A DNA stretch of 64,000 nt from Antedon mediterranea (taxonomy: Eukaryota > Animalia > Echinodermata), in the NCBI RefSeq assembly GCF_964355755.1, contig NC_092671.1, forward strand, positions 18,042,001-18,106,000, given 5' to 3'. The translations under genes were made by a program, and so were the position numbers. The first letter of the stretch is position 1. Each line of letters starts with the position of its first letter. The notes under the pieces are model-generated. The model was not told where the DNA came from. It ran no database searches and worked only from the letters and a program-made list of their open reading frames with translations. Below, piece after piece: positions 1 through 14,705 of the stretch.

Positions 1-1461
1 AAAGTATTAAGAATATTTTATGATTCAGATGTTTTTTTCCCTGAGTAATTATCTAGCAACATATTTGTTAAATTGTGGAACGAATAACTTATAAAATAAT
101 AAATTAGGCCTATGTAATCCAATACTATTAAATTAATGATTCATTTTTACAGTTTATTTATATTATGTACTCTCGCTCGGCATCCCTTCCCCTCCCCCAC
201 CCGCATGTGGCATAAATTCATAAGGTGGGCAAAGGCCGGGTGGAAAAAGTAACAGTCGGGTGGCAACTGGCCGGAAGTGGCAACAAACCGATTAAAAGCG
301 GATAAAAAAGTTCGGGTGGCTAGGGACCAACGGGCCTAAATCCATTGCATCAAAATCGAATTCTGTTTGTATAAAAACTCAATATGATTATTTATAACAA
401 AGTTTATAGGTGAAGAGAAAGTTTATCACGTTACGATATTTTTGGCCTATAAGTCATTTCTATAGGCCTACTGTATGGTTAAAATAAAATAGGCAGAATT
501 TTTAATTCTTACAGCTGCAGTAAATCAAACAAGTGAAAGTTTGACGTTTTAGTATGCTGCTTACGCACTAATGCGTGTAAGCAAACTTAAGGAAATATTA
601 TTACGTGTATGGCAATATAAATGCAATTTCAAATATTTCAACCTATACCTGACATACATGTACGAATCTGATTTATATATTATTTAACATTTAAAATTAA
701 AACTGAACTTTATGCTAGTGTAATTTATATCACAAATTAAGCAGCTGAAGAGGTATAGCACTGTAATAATAAAAATGCTTTAAACAATTTTAATACGAAT
801 ACAGACACTTTTATACAAAATCTGTAACGTCAGCGCTATCATAATCAGCACTATCATGACCTTCATTACAATAATGTGTTTGTTTTTATTGTGAATATAC
901 TGTAGATAATAATAGTATTGTTTCATTATCGTTGTTTTTGTGTATGCGTCGAGGTTGCGACACCCGAAGTAAAAATCAGACGAAATCTCAGATTTAACAT
1001 TTTATATCTATTTCAGTATCACAATTAAATTATACAAAAAAATTATACTGATGGTATACTTAAAGAAGAAAGGCTTTATAAATACACAATAGACAACATT
1101 TTGGGGAAAATAAAAATAAACAATTTCAAATGATGTCTCCGAAAATAATAATAAAACATCGCCACGTTGTAATTATTTCTGGGGATTTTGATGAAGCAGC
1201 ATTCAAGTAGGCTAAGTCTAAGATAGTAAAGTGACAGGAAAAACAAGAGTTTTATTCCAGCATAATAAAAACTGCAAATTATGTTCTAGCCAGATCATTA
1301 GGGCCTATGCCATGCTCTAATACAACTATATAGGTTTACAGGAGGAGCGTCATCATAAGTCCTGTTAGAAAGTAAGGAACGCAGTGGCAGATTCAGCGTG
1401 TAGGAGAGGGGGCATAACAATGTCACTTACGATAATTAATTAACTAATAATAATATAAATT

Positions 1462-3756
1462 CAACTTTCAAATTCACAAAGGAGAGGTATAATTTAATTA
1501 CTTTTCAAAAGTGGACAAAGAGAGAAGTTAGAAAACTGGCGACCTATCACACTCATTCATGTAGATTATAAGATATTAGCTCATGTTCTATCAATCAGAT
1601 TACAAAAAGTAATATCAACTATTATACATTCTGATAAAAAAGGTTACATTACTGGAAGATTTGGTGGTGAAAACATAAGACTTGTAGAAGATATACTTTA
1701 TTTTACCAATATCAAAAACAAACACGGCGCCTTAATTTTCCTCGATTTTGCAAAAGCGTTTGATTCGGTAAACAGAAATTTAATGTTAAAAACGCTAACA
1801 AAATTTGGATTTAGTCCTTCTTTTATTAAATGGATTAAAGTAATATATACTGATACAGAAAGTATAATGGTAAATAATGGTTGGATGTCGGAAAGCATTA
1901 ATATGGAATGTGGAATAAGACAAGGGTGTCTTTTATCGGCCTTGTTATTTATATTGGTAGTTGAATTGATGGCCTGTAACATACGGAACAATCCCCTATG
2001 TAAAGGAATTGAATTGCCAACAACAAATGATGAGGAATGTACTGTTAAGATAGCTCAGCTTGCAGACGATACTATCATCTTTACAAAAGATAAAGAATCG
2101 TTGATCTGCTTTTTACATGAGATTGGGCTATTCTGTAGAATATCAGGTTTAAGATTGAACAAAGGAAAAACAAATGGTATGTGGATTGGTGCGAGTAAAC
2201 ATAATATGTCAGAACCATGTAATATTACATAGACAAAGAAACCTGTAAAGTTTCTAGGAATTTATGTTGGATACGATAACAAATTATGTGAAAAGAAAAA
2301 CTGGGACGATAAGATTATTTCTTTAGAAAATATCTTAAGATTATGGAAAAGAAGAAATCTTACGTTCTTTGGAAAAATTATTATAATTAAAACTCTAGCC
2401 ATATATAAACTAATATACAATGCTAGCATTATAACCGTACCAAAATATATCTTGCCCAAAGTGGAAAAGATAATATATAGTTTTATGTGGAGTGGTAGAC
2501 GAGAAAAGATTAAAAGAACCACACTCAATAGAAAAACAGATAAAGGTGGTTTAAATATGATTAATTTGAATGCAAAAGACAAAGCATTGAAGCTAAACTG
2601 GGTTAAGCGACTCCTTAGCCCAGATCCAGGAAAATGGAAATGTATACCGAATTATTTTATGCACCCTATTAAGTATACTGTTAATATCACTCAAATTAAC
2701 AATGAAGATCATTCTGATCTAAAACTATTGCCGGTTTTTTATAGAGAAATGCTAATTGCTATAGTTAATATTAACAGCTTTAACTGGTCTGACCCACAAA
2801 ACATTGAAGACGTTAAAAACCAACAGTTGTGGGAAAATAAATGTATACAGTTAAATGGAAAGTCAATATATTTCAAAGTTTGGCTTGATGCAGGCTTTAG
2901 AACAATGAATGAGATAATTAAGGAGAATATATTATTACCAATGAATGAAGTGTTACCATTACTATCACAGAAACAAAATGGATTATTTGAATATATAGGG
3001 CTAATGAATGCCATACCACAATCATGGAAGGAAATTATTTTGAATGGTGAATATGTAAATAATCAAACAAACACTGATTGCTTTTGGCTTCATACAAAAC
3101 AACTTAATGCAAAACTATTTTATAATTTATTTGTGGAAAATATAATATCAACTCCTATAGCACAAGAAAAATGGGAGATAGAATTTCAAAATTACACTTT
3201 TGCATGGGATACCGTATGGTATAACAAGGTGTTTTCTATAAAACATATCACAAAAGTCGCGCAATTCAATTTCAAACTACTACATCGTATTCTTGCGTGT
3301 AAAAGTAAGTTAAAAATTTGGAAACTTTCTATAAATGACGTATGTGAAAGATGTAATAGTGAAATTGAAAATGAAAAACATTTGTTATTTTCATGTAATA
3401 AGATTAAACCCATATGGATTGTATTTACGTTTTTGATCTCAAACTGTTTTGTACAAAAGATTGATATAACCTGGCGTAATATTGTTAAAGGATCGGAAAC
3501 GAAAACTGTAAATGAACTTATTTCAATATTTACTTTTTGCATTTATAAATCGTGTTTAGTAATAAGAAAAGAAAAGAAACAAAATCAGGAATCAAAAATA
3601 ATTTGGAGATTATTTTACTATGAATTAAAGCATTTATTAACAAATGAATTTATGCATAATTTACATAAGGCTCAGAAGAAATGGACGAATAACTTAAAAG
3701 ATAAACTATTAAAACTATCAAAAGACTTGATGTTAATAATTCAATTATTTTATTGA
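1462..3756 (+). mobile_element. 5'-truncated L1/Tx1-clade LINE ORF2 (reverse transcriptase plus C-terminal zf-RVT-like zinc finger), pseudogenised
   Basis: A single reading frame runs from 1462 with in-frame stops at 1495 (TAA) and 2230 (TAG). Motifs: ENWRPITL, LDFAKAFDSV, GIRQGCLLSALLF, QLADDT, KFLGI, GGLNMINL, CERC...EKHLLFSC. The ORFs 1783..2232 and 2452..3756 are in this same frame. Confidence 0.93.
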
Positions 3757-6700
3757 TTCATTTTTCTTTCTTACCTTATCATAATGGACACAAATCCTGT
3801 ATATCAACCAACGTAAAATCTGTTTATAGGCATCATATATACCTTTTTAAGATGACAATAGTTCAAATACATGTAGCATGTCAATATAATCTGTATGTAT
3901 TGGTATTTGTTTAACATATTTTTCTATATTTGCAATATTTTATATCGTATACATGTCAATTTAATCTATAGGTATGTGTATTTGTTCAATATATATACTT
4001 CTATATATTTTTATATATTTGCAATATATTATACCGTAAATACAAATTGTAAGTAGTAGTTGTACTAAGATGACATCGGGTATGAAGCGTCTCACATACA
4101 CACAGAGCCAAAATTGCATCTTGGACTTGCACAGTGTATGGACTCTAACCTTACGGTTTTCATTAAATATACCATTTCATGCTATCATTCTAAATAACTA
4201 ACTTTCAACCTATTGCATTCCTCTTTTTTTTTCATTCCATCCATCTTATCTTGGTGAAAAGGGAGGATACTACATTTTCCTCCCCTGAGTTTATAGCCTC
4301 TCTACTCAAACACAAATAAGAACACAAATAAGATAGTTTAACAAGAAAATTTTAATCATGTATTTTACCGCCATTTTTCATTTCTACATTTTAATTAACA
4401 TCGTATCTAAAATTTTAAATGAGAAAATATATGGTTAATACTGAATTCTGGCATCTTATTATGTAAATATACCGGTATTTTAACTACTTTAAACACTTAC
4501 TTTTAATTGTCACAAATGTACTTATTTGTATATAATATATTCATCAATGAGAATTTAAATAAACGTAGAAGAACTCACACAAGACAAAAAAAATAATAAG
4601 ATAAATTAAAATTAATGTTAATATTAATAATTATATTTTTTTGTTTGCATTGTAGTTTTTGAAATGTTGGTGTGAAATCTGTCTATGGGACGCGAACAGT
4701 TGGTTCAATTTAATAATTAAAATAAAAAGGTAATCACTTGTAGTATCACTGAATCATATCATCCAATGTAGTGCATCCACTTACAGAATATAATAATACA
4801 AGAGCATATTAAACTACAGCACAGCAAGATATGAAATTATGGTCTGATTTAAGTTAGTAAATGTCCAAACAAAATGATTTAACTATATTTGTTTTTTTTT
4901 CACTTAAACATTTGGTTTTCTTTCTGAACATCTGAACATTAATTTTCAAGTCAAGTTATTGTTTAGGCCTACCATTAACATTCTTTTATAATATTATGTT
5001 AATAATAATCATTTATTACAATATGGTGTTTTTCTTACTATTTCATTATTTATTCAGTCTTCATTCAATCCTTCATGAAATTTAATTAACGTACATTAAA
5101 AGTATTTAATACAGTAAAGACTCTTTTACTTGCGATAGTCGGTTAGAATTTGTCTATTGACAGCTGCAGAATCGGGTGTATACACAATGACGATATGCAT
5201 GTACGTAGTCTTGCGCAACGCTAATGTTCAAACATTCGAAAACATGTTTTTCATTTTCTATTGTACGCTTTAAAGTCAACGACACGACAGAATTCGGTAG
5301 CTCTTTATTTGACATGTTTGACTGCTTCACTATATTCCGTACTATACGGTACACGTTCATTTTGTATAAAACCTAATGTTCATTGGAAGCTGAACTAGAC
5401 GGAGAAGGTGAATTGTATTGCCGTAGCCGTAAAATAGATTAATGGTGTGTTTGTCTGCTTTTACGAGTATGGCCATTTTAGTGTCATGGGCCACATCGAC
5501 CAAATGAATTGTATGATCTCAAAATCCAAGCTTATTAATGAGTTCAACCGTATAGTCTAGTCATTCGAGACCAATGCAGCAAAACATTGTTTGTGATGCT
5601 AGTGGAAAGTGTGACTAATTTATCTTCTAAACCGATGAATGATCATTTATTTTCACTATCGAAATACACGTTATCCAGCAATCATCTAAAGGGAAGTGGT
5701 TTTCCCGACAGTCCCTAGTATTTAGAAGAGCGTGAATTACAATGTTACAAAATTACCCAAGATAATTCGGTTTATCCAGCGTTGCGCTTGCATACTTTCC
5801 ACCTTGTTTCGAGCCTTGTGGATGTAGCGCTTTAGAGAAAATGTTATTTTGGTTAGGTGCTATACAAAAGACAAATATTAGTATTATTACGTCATTTACA
5901 TTATGTCCTATAGTGGGAACCAAGCTTGATATTGGAAGTTTACAGCATTTTTAGATGAATAATGCTTGCCAATATTATTTATTATTTTGTGTAAGCTACC
6001 AGATTAATGAGGGAACTGTGGTTCCTTGAATCACGTCGCTTCACATCGACCAAGTATATCGGCGTCATATCACTAGAAAACTACTCTACCTAGATCCATA
6101 CCAGAATAGGGGTTCTTTGAATCGTTTGTTTGTGTTGTGATTTTAATGAAAAAGAACTCAACCATTAGGCCTAGCTCTTAAGAGTGCTTTACAAGGTTAC
6201 TGGTTATTTTACCAGCATGTCTGTGTGTATTTTAATAATTGAAGGCAAGACATTCATCTTGTTACGGTGCCGTATGTACTTTCAACATTTATAATTCCAT
6301 TAAGTATAAGGTAACTATAGTCCCAAGGTGTTTCTGGAAAAGTGTATTGTTCCATTTGCAAATTAGTCCAAAATTAGTACATATAATATGTTAAAAACAA
6401 ATGTAAATGTATCATACCATTGACTGTAAATATCGTATTTCTTGTGAATTTTTAACAAAATTTATTTAAAGAATTATCAGTGCATAGACCTACACTAATT
6501 TTGTTTTTAAAGCGATGGTCGTCTTCATCGATAAATACAAAATAGGACATTGTCAAGAAAGATGACAAGAATGGTATTTGAAAACATGTCATTTGTGTGA
6601 AACAATTGCGATTGAAAATTCTTCATTTTGTCGTTCTAAGAAACTACTATGAGACAATATCCTTTAGGGTTATATTAGGTCTATAACTATTTGAGACACT

Positions 6701-9220
6701 GGTACCGGTACGTATATCCTTCAACAAAAGTTGTCGCATTCTTTATAATTAAACATACTTTATATAATTGCAGCTTTTTATAGCATAGCATAGCAGTGAT
6801 TGATATGTACAGCAATTTGATCTCCCGTCACACTTCATTGCTTGTCAAAATCGAAAGATCATTGTTTTACTACAAAACATTAGCCTAGGCATAGGTTTAC
6901 GGATTTCGTTCTCTGCGATTGCATGCGGCGATTGTAACTGATAGTTTCCTACGTGTGTTACGTCAAGTTAAGTTGCCACATCTTCTATATTATACAGAAT
7001 GTTTTTTAAAATTGTACTTAAAACCATAAAATTACGATTGAAAGCCATCGTATTTGTTATCCAACTGTGAAGCGTTCTAATATAGACATTGGTTTCCTCA
7101 TGTGTGTTCTCAATAGAAATTTGCAATATCTAAAATATAATTATTATTATTACAGAACAAACTAAATTTTTCTTTTTTAATTCATGTCAGTCTGAATTTA
7201 GCTAATATATAACACGATAGGTATGTATGACTGCGATTTCAATGACATCAAAGGCAAGGAACTCAAGGCAATTTGTTTTTATTATGGTACCTAGAGGAAA
7301 AATATAGATTAAAAGGGAAAAGATCCTTGATAAAGTCCCATGCACGATACGATGATGAACGACAGCAGTGTTTTTAGCCTGAAGACTATTTTGTAACACA
7401 TGAACAATCACAGAACAAATAAAGAGAACCAGGTATCGTACCGTATAATACAGGATATGTTGGGAGTGCATTGGGTATGGGGTTGATTTTTACCTAAGAA
7501 AACATTACATTTCTAAAAGGTCTTCTCACCTTTTCTAAAGGTGGGACTGGAAGCTAAATGTTTAAGTATGGCCCATATTTTCTCCCATTTCATATCCTTT
7601 TATTGATCTGTACACATGACCGTTGATCAACGTTGCTAAATAAAAAGACGAGGGAATAATAGTAAAGCATCTTGAATGTAATGGCAAAGAAGACGGAATT
7701 AGCTCAGGGACGGATTCAGGACAGTGGTGTCTATCTATATTTGACTATTTTTAGTCCTCTTCCCCTCTACCACCCCCGTTTTACAAATCCTGTAGCTCAA
7801 ATTTAATAGTAAAATTCATCGAAGATTTTAAATTTCCAACAAGATATTATTTTCAATTTCAATTATCAATAAAATCTAATCCAGATACGTTCAATGTTGT
7901 CGTCTCGCAGGTCACAAGTGTGTATACGGCAGTCGTCTACATCATCACGTTCATTCTAGCTTTGACACTATACTATCTGACTGATTGAAATTGAATTTCA
8001 ATTTGCATACATTTCCTATGGTTTTATCTTTGGAAAATAAATTGCTGTTTCAAGGATTTCTTGTTACCATAATTTACGGCCGTTTGGGGAGGACAGTGAA
8101 TTTTATAACAGGTTATATTGAAACAACTCATTATTCCATTGAGGTACCACTATCTTAACCGTAAGGCTATAAGAGAGTTCAAAAGAGTATGACTAAATCA
8201 CGGTATTTACAGATTTAATAGTGAAAATTATTGTTCAATTATACCGTTCTCTTAAACAGAAAATTCAACGAAAAGTCGGAATGCAAAACCTACTATGATT
8301 CGATTCAAACCAACTATCTTATGAGTGAGAGCCACTCACTTGATCATGTCTAGTGCAGGCTCAGCTCAAGTGGAAGAACGCTACCATATTAATTGATCGT
8401 AAATACACCCTAGGCTTATAATTAAATAGGTCTGAATATCAAAAACCAAAATTGTTTTTTGTTGGAAGCTTACTAGTGTTGCCAAGCACAATCGGAACAT
8501 ATGATGATGACCTTTGCCCTTAAGGGTAATGGTTGATTTGGGACCGTGCCATTCAGAACCTACCACCCCTTCTGTCACCTAAGTTATACACATCGGAGGT
8601 CTTCTTTGTAGTGAAACATTACTATTCGAATAACGAACGTGAGCACTATTACTATATAAACTAAATAACTCGAGAAATACACGCCCTTCACATGCTGTTT
8701 ATAATCAGGAAATGAATCCTGTCAATACAATTCAATACTAATCAATGCCAAAATGTTAACCAATCATCATTAATCATAAAGTATTGATCAGATGTTATAA
8801 AATGACTGTTACTTAGTATATGTTGAGCTTAATTATTAGCAGTGGTATTAAATTAAATAAACAGAGCCCAGCTTGGGTATAGGCCTAACAATAATTTGGC
8901 GGGAATAAGAACAGTAGCCTACACATGCAATGAGAATACTAGTAGGCCTATGAGTTTGTTCTTTATGTGATCATAATTTTGTGCGCATATATCCGTATTC
9001 GTACATTTGGGAATAGTAATTTTTCACACGAGGATTTTAAGTTGTTATTTTTACGATAGTTTGGGGAGGGATTATGAATTGAAGAACATGGTTGGTCATT
9101 TTATTGACGCACGAGTATTATTGTCATTATAAATTATGGTGTATTATAAGTAAACCTGTAACGCGTTATTACACTCCATATCCCCGGCATCTTGTAAACT
9201 TGACGTTCCGTATAACCTTT

Positions 9221-9678
9221 TAGACTAGTCCAGATTTGAGAAAAATGAAGATTCCAAATTTATTGTTATTAAAGTTGCAAATATTCTATTTCAGCCGCCA
9301 TGTTGAAATCCAAGATGGCCGCCATTTTAAACATTATTTTGTCTTATAACTTGATGGCTTGGAGTTCAACATGGCGGCTGAAAAAGAATATTTACAACTT
9401 TAATAACAATAAATTTGGAATCCTCAGTATATCACAAACATAGGTATAGAAACCTTTTTTAACTTGCTATGTCACTTAAAAGTCAAGTTATAAGCCAAAA
9501 TAGGTCCGAAATGGCGGCTTTTTTGTTTTTCACATTTTAAGGGTAAAAATCTAAAAATTGAGCCGGGTAAACAGCAGATTTGAATTCAGCACCCTAAAAT
9601 TACCCCAAAACACGCTTTTAACACGAAATGCCTACATCATCTTATTAGAGTTGAAATATGACTATCTGGACTAGTCTA
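9221..9678. mobile_element. Non-autonomous Academ-type DNA transposon; internal-deletion derivative of the 17638-22048 family in the opposite orientation
   Basis: 15-bp perfect TIR TAGACTAGTCCAGAT...ATCTGGACTAGTCTA with 3-bp TSD TTT (9218-9220 / 9679-9681). The internal sequence matches the arms of the 17638-22048 element. Confidence 0.85.
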
Positions 9679-12600
9679 TTTTGTTAAATGCGCAATTTCC
9701 GTTACATAGTGCATTTGTGTAATTATTAATTTGATACCTGAAAATGTCAGCTATTTTAAAAATGGAAAATATATGTATACATGTAAAAAAAAGCCGGGTC
9801 TTAGCAAGTGTACAGACTGTGTCCAGTAACGACGGTTGGGTTGTAGAGGCATTATCGTACGATTCGTATGACTGCGTCATATACAAAGCTACAGTATCTG
9901 CGTTCAGACTTGACAGGTATTCCCTTACTGAACTTAAATTACCCCTATAAGACTATGAGGTAACACAAAATGTATCTTCGCGCGTTCGATGACCGTCATG
10001 GAGTACCCGACTATTAATCGTCTGCTAAAAGTATGACTAGGCCTACCTTTGATTGATGAAGCATAATGAGTTGTTACTTTCTGACATCGCTGGTGCGCAA
10101 AATGATTGTATTATAGTTAAAGAACTGATAGTGGCAGCCGTTTCTTGTACCAGGAAAGAGTGCAATTTCACTCTTCCCTGCTCGTACTATATTTCCAACG
10201 ACAATAAACAGAATGTATCACGTCTGCTAATATAAGGTTTATGTTGATATAACGGTACTTTTTAAAATTGTAATCTCTGTATTTTAAAATACAATTGTTA
10301 TTGCGTTTTTTCCTTGTAGGCTACACATTTTGCTATTGCGTTTCCTAGTTTTAAATGAAACATAGTTTTTCTCCTTTCTTTGTTTTTTTTTAGAGTTATA
10401 GATAAGTTTTAATTATTACGCAAAACTTGGTAGGCCTATCAACGTGAAGAGCATAATATGATACTAAGTAGAAGTAGTTGCTATTTTCTTTTCAATCAAA
10501 GTCAACCCGGTATCGATGTTAACGATAAAGAAATTATCATGATCAGTTCGGAGAGATAGTTATACTTACTTTCTTGTAATTTAATCTAATTTTCAATTAG
10601 GCCTGAATTCAAGTCTGAATTAAGCTTGACATCGGCGTAAATATCACTTCTTCGCAATCTATATTCATAATTCTGGGATCGCGACTGAGTTTTGATTCTG
10701 GCCATTGGGCTGTACATTAAATTAATATTGCTTGCAGTTCATAAGTGATTTATAATCCAATAATAGAGTTTCAGTAGACTTGTAATCCAAGCCTGTGTGT
10801 TGAGTCTATATTATAAAGTCACATTATTAGTCCAGTCAATCTAATGATATACCCACCACAAATTGCAATAGTAACAAAGCTAGTATTTTTGAATTCGATA
10901 TAATTTGTAGAACGACATACTAAAAGTCACCGAAAATCCAAGCATTGGGTCAAGGGGTCAGAGGTCAATAAAGGTCATTTTAAGTCAAAATTAATATGCC
11001 CCATTAATTACATATATTTAACCATTTAAAATACATTATATACAAGTGGGATTTATGTCATTCGAAAGCTTATTAAATTTTCTATTCAGTGATATCAAAC
11101 TTATAGTCATAACATTTTATTTAGAATGTCAATTTTGCGGAAAAACACAACATAATGTGTCAATTTTGGCTAAAAATGTTGTTTTCGCTGTAAACACAGG
11201 GATTCCCTGGGGTGAACATTTCAGTCCAACGCGATACACATGACCAGTTCAAGATGCAGATGAGTGACATCTCCGTTCCTGTTGCTTCTGGATGATCTAC
11301 ATTCCAATTTTTCCAGTTGGCATTTGTGTTGCCATGGTTACAGTATTTATATTGGAATGTATAAGTATTTTTTAACCAGTAGAAATACAAAGATATTCAA
11401 CAGCAGTTTGACAATGACCTCCATGTTGTATGACGTTCGGACCATCTGGGCTGGATTGTCAACAGACCTGCAGGTGATTGAAAAAGTTTCTATGAGAAGC
11501 CTCAAAGAAAACAAGAGGTTTGACAAGAAAATATAGGAATGCGTACATCCAGACCAAATCTGCGCTGAAATGTATGTAATGCCTTGTAATAGTATCAGGG
11601 CGTTACTCCAGAGCAGCAGCGGCCAACATAAGACCTTATGGCCACACGTCAGGAACACAATGGCAATTGAAAAATCCATTTGGTTACGACTCAGAGACTT
11701 CATACCATTGACACGGGAGTTACTGCAGGTGACTCGGAATATTAGCAATGTGGTATTAAGCATTGAATATTTTGGCCAGAAAGTCTTCCAATGTATTCAA
11801 GATCCTGGCAATAAAGTCATATGTGTGCATCAATCCTACAGTTCCAGAGGAGACTCGAGGTGACTGTTATCCACCACCACTTTTTGAAACTACCAACTTA
11901 CAATACTTTCAGCTAATAAACCAACATGATGCCACGTGGAAACAACTTCTTCTGAAAAGTCTAATACATCCAACTCACTGAATGATGTCCAGTAGGCCTA
12001 CATTTTAGATGGTAGTGCTCTACTGCACAGCATTCATATGGAATAGTGTAGAGATCTGTAAAAAATATTGCTCTGCATAGTCTTTGATAATTATGAAAGC
12101 GGCTCGTCCACCAAAGACGGCGCACATGGTAAAGCGGGTCAGGTGGTAGTGTCCCTGTACATTTTACCAGTGACATGTTCCACAAAATAGGATCACTTTC
12201 TGTAACAAACAACAATTTATAAATCTTCGTAACTAGTATTTGAACAACATGGCAATGAGTGAATGCAGCTGCTGATGCAGATGTTCTTTCGGATAGTACA
12301 AAAACCATTGAATCAGCAAACAGGAAAACAGCTGTCATTATCCGATGACACGGATCTACTAGTGCTCCTCTGCAGTCAAGCATTTAAAACATCTTGTGAT
12401 ATTCTTTAGACTGGAGCTGAGATGCTGGACTATCAAACTGGTTCAAACAGTACATTTGAGAGACATCTGTGATAACCTTCTGTTTGCTCATGCGATACTG
12501 GTGACACAACATCCAGAGTTTTCGGAATTGGAAAACAAGTGGCTCTAAAAAAAGCTTGTCATTGCACTTATTTCTGACATTATGCTGTAGTCTTCAAATG

Positions 12601-13054
12601 CAAACAAGCTACAAAGGATGACATTGTGGTTGCTAGAGAAAATGGTTTAGTGCGTCTGTACAATGGACTACCTGGACAACGTGGAATGCCTTTGACTCCA
12701 TCCCATCTACAAGTACAACCTCACATATCGCCAACTTCATAATCGTACCACAACCAAGGTACTTAACATCAGGTTCAAGTTCAAGTTATCTTTTAGCAAT
12801 GGAGTGGGGTTGATATGTGTACTGAGGATTGGGGATGGAAGATCAGATGATGGAAACATGGTTCCTCTACACACAGACTTAAAGCCAGAGCCTGAGTATC
12901 TCTTTGAAGCATTCAGGGGTAACTAGAACTACATGTGGTGAATGCAATGGCATTGCACTGTACTAATACCCGAACAAGAAAGTGATACTGATGACATATA
13001 AGTTGTGAGTGCTTTTCTATTTGAAGGATTAAACAATATCATCCCACACGGAGC

Positions 13055-13895
13055 AATTCAAATAAAAAGGTCTGGATTAAAATGATCTTACAAAATATAC
13101 AAAAATATCACAATATACAGTACAATATAACAAGAGTCAAAGTTCAAGAATTTAAGAGTCGGATGGCAACTGGCAAAAACGATTTTTTTTTCCAGTTTGT
13201 TCTACATGCCGGGCATTGAAAGCGACGCCCATGAGGCATGAGCTCGAAATCACTGAACAAGGCATGGTTAACATTTTTTAGAATAGCTCTACTTTTTTTT
13301 CTAGAGTTTGCATGTCACAGAAGGAAGACAAGCTACGAAGTTGACAACCTATTAATTTAGAACTTAAGTTAACAAGTTTGTAGTGAGTTTCTCTCTTTGA
13401 CCCTAAGACTAAAAAACCAGCATATAAAGGAAAAAAGTTAAAACATTCTCAATAAAGGAATTATAAAAAACCATGAGAATTACTTTATTGACATTAAAAT
13501 GGTTCAGCTTCCTTAACAGATAAAGTCTCTGGTGTCCTTTCTTTACTATTTCCTCTGTATTTAATTCCCAGCTGACATTGTCCTCAAATATAGTACCTAG
13601 GTATTTAAAGGAATGGACAATGGTTCGTCATTTGTGGGGGATACCAGAGGGCTGCGTCCTTTCTCCTTCCTAAAATCTACAATTAGTTCCTTGGTTTTTT
13701 TCCACAAAATTGGATAAAACCATCTAATGCGGAACCATGACCGTCCTGTGAATTTTGAAGGAGAGACAGCAAGACAGTGTCGTCAGCAAATTTGAAAAGA
13801 TTGTCCTGTTTGCTCCGACAGTCATCCGTGTATATAATATACAAGAGAGGAGAGAAGACGCAACCCTGCGAAGATAAAATACTTCCCATTACGTA
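13055..13895 (-). mobile_element. 5'-truncated Rex1/Babar-like LINE nested in the Academ element
   Basis: Minus-strand SQGCVFSPLLYIIYTDDC...FKFADDTVL, then FKYLGT, and a C-terminal MPHGRRFQCPACRTN...PVAIRLLN typical of Rex1-type RT. Frameshifted. Confidence 0.8.
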
Positions 13896-14054
13896 CATTC
13901 GTTGATACTAAAATTATCAAAAATCTATCTATAGTAAATCATGAGTTGATTCCAAATTATCAAGACTCATTAATTAATCATCAATAGTACATACCGCTAA
14001 TGAATTTCAATTTTCTTCTAGCTAGTATCATTTTTCCTATTTCATGACGATACA

Positions 14055-14705
14055 ATAGGTACAAGAAAAACATTATTTGCACCAAATACTTCCAAAATAT
14101 AAATATAATATATATAAACATAATTTAGTTTTACGCTATTTTAAGAACATTTGAGTTTTTGTAAAAGGTCAATTACCTTTTGACCCCTAGTTACGTATAA
14201 CTGTTATTAATTGTTTTTTAATGTTTATTATTAGTAGGATATATATAATCTACACATTGGTACTAAAGCTATTTACATATGATTATAAAACAATGGATTA
14301 TAGGCATAAACGCTACCCCTACCCCAAAATTGTTTACATTACATTTGATCAAGAATCAATTTCAATAAGAATAGTACATCATTACTTTTAACATTCTTCT
14401 AGTTAACATCATGTTTGCTATTTTATATATCGATAGGTACAGATAAAACACAATTTTGATTAAATGCATATACAATTATGGCACAATATTACAGTTAATC
14501 ATTTTTTAAAGAAAAAAAATGAGTTTTTGTAAAAGGTCAATAACCTTTTGACCTCTAGTTATATAAATAAATGTTGTATTTTGTTTTTGTAAATTGCATA
14601 TTAGAAAAAAATATATATTCTACACATTGATATCAAGATTATTGAGATTGGATTATAAAACCACAAGTTATGGGCATAAATGTTACCCCCTACCCCAAAA
14701 TATTT
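14055..14705. repeat. Diverged tandem duplication (period about 370 bp) in the Academ subterminal region
   Basis: GAGTTTTTGTAAAAGGTCAA.TACCTTTTGAC occurs at about 14153 and 14521. CTACACATTG and GGCATAAA.G.TACCCCTACCCCAAAA each recur at similar spacing. Confidence 0.7.

Noticed and set aside
1698-3542. Minus-strand ORFs overlapping the Tx1 LINE, and similar antisense ORFs over other LINEs and exons
   Set aside because: Antisense shadows of coding sequence with no independent motifs.
7202-7471. Hydrophobic 89-aa minus-strand ORF, possible GPCR fragment
   Set aside because: Only a vague NSLQ resemblance; no convincing splice sites or partner exons.
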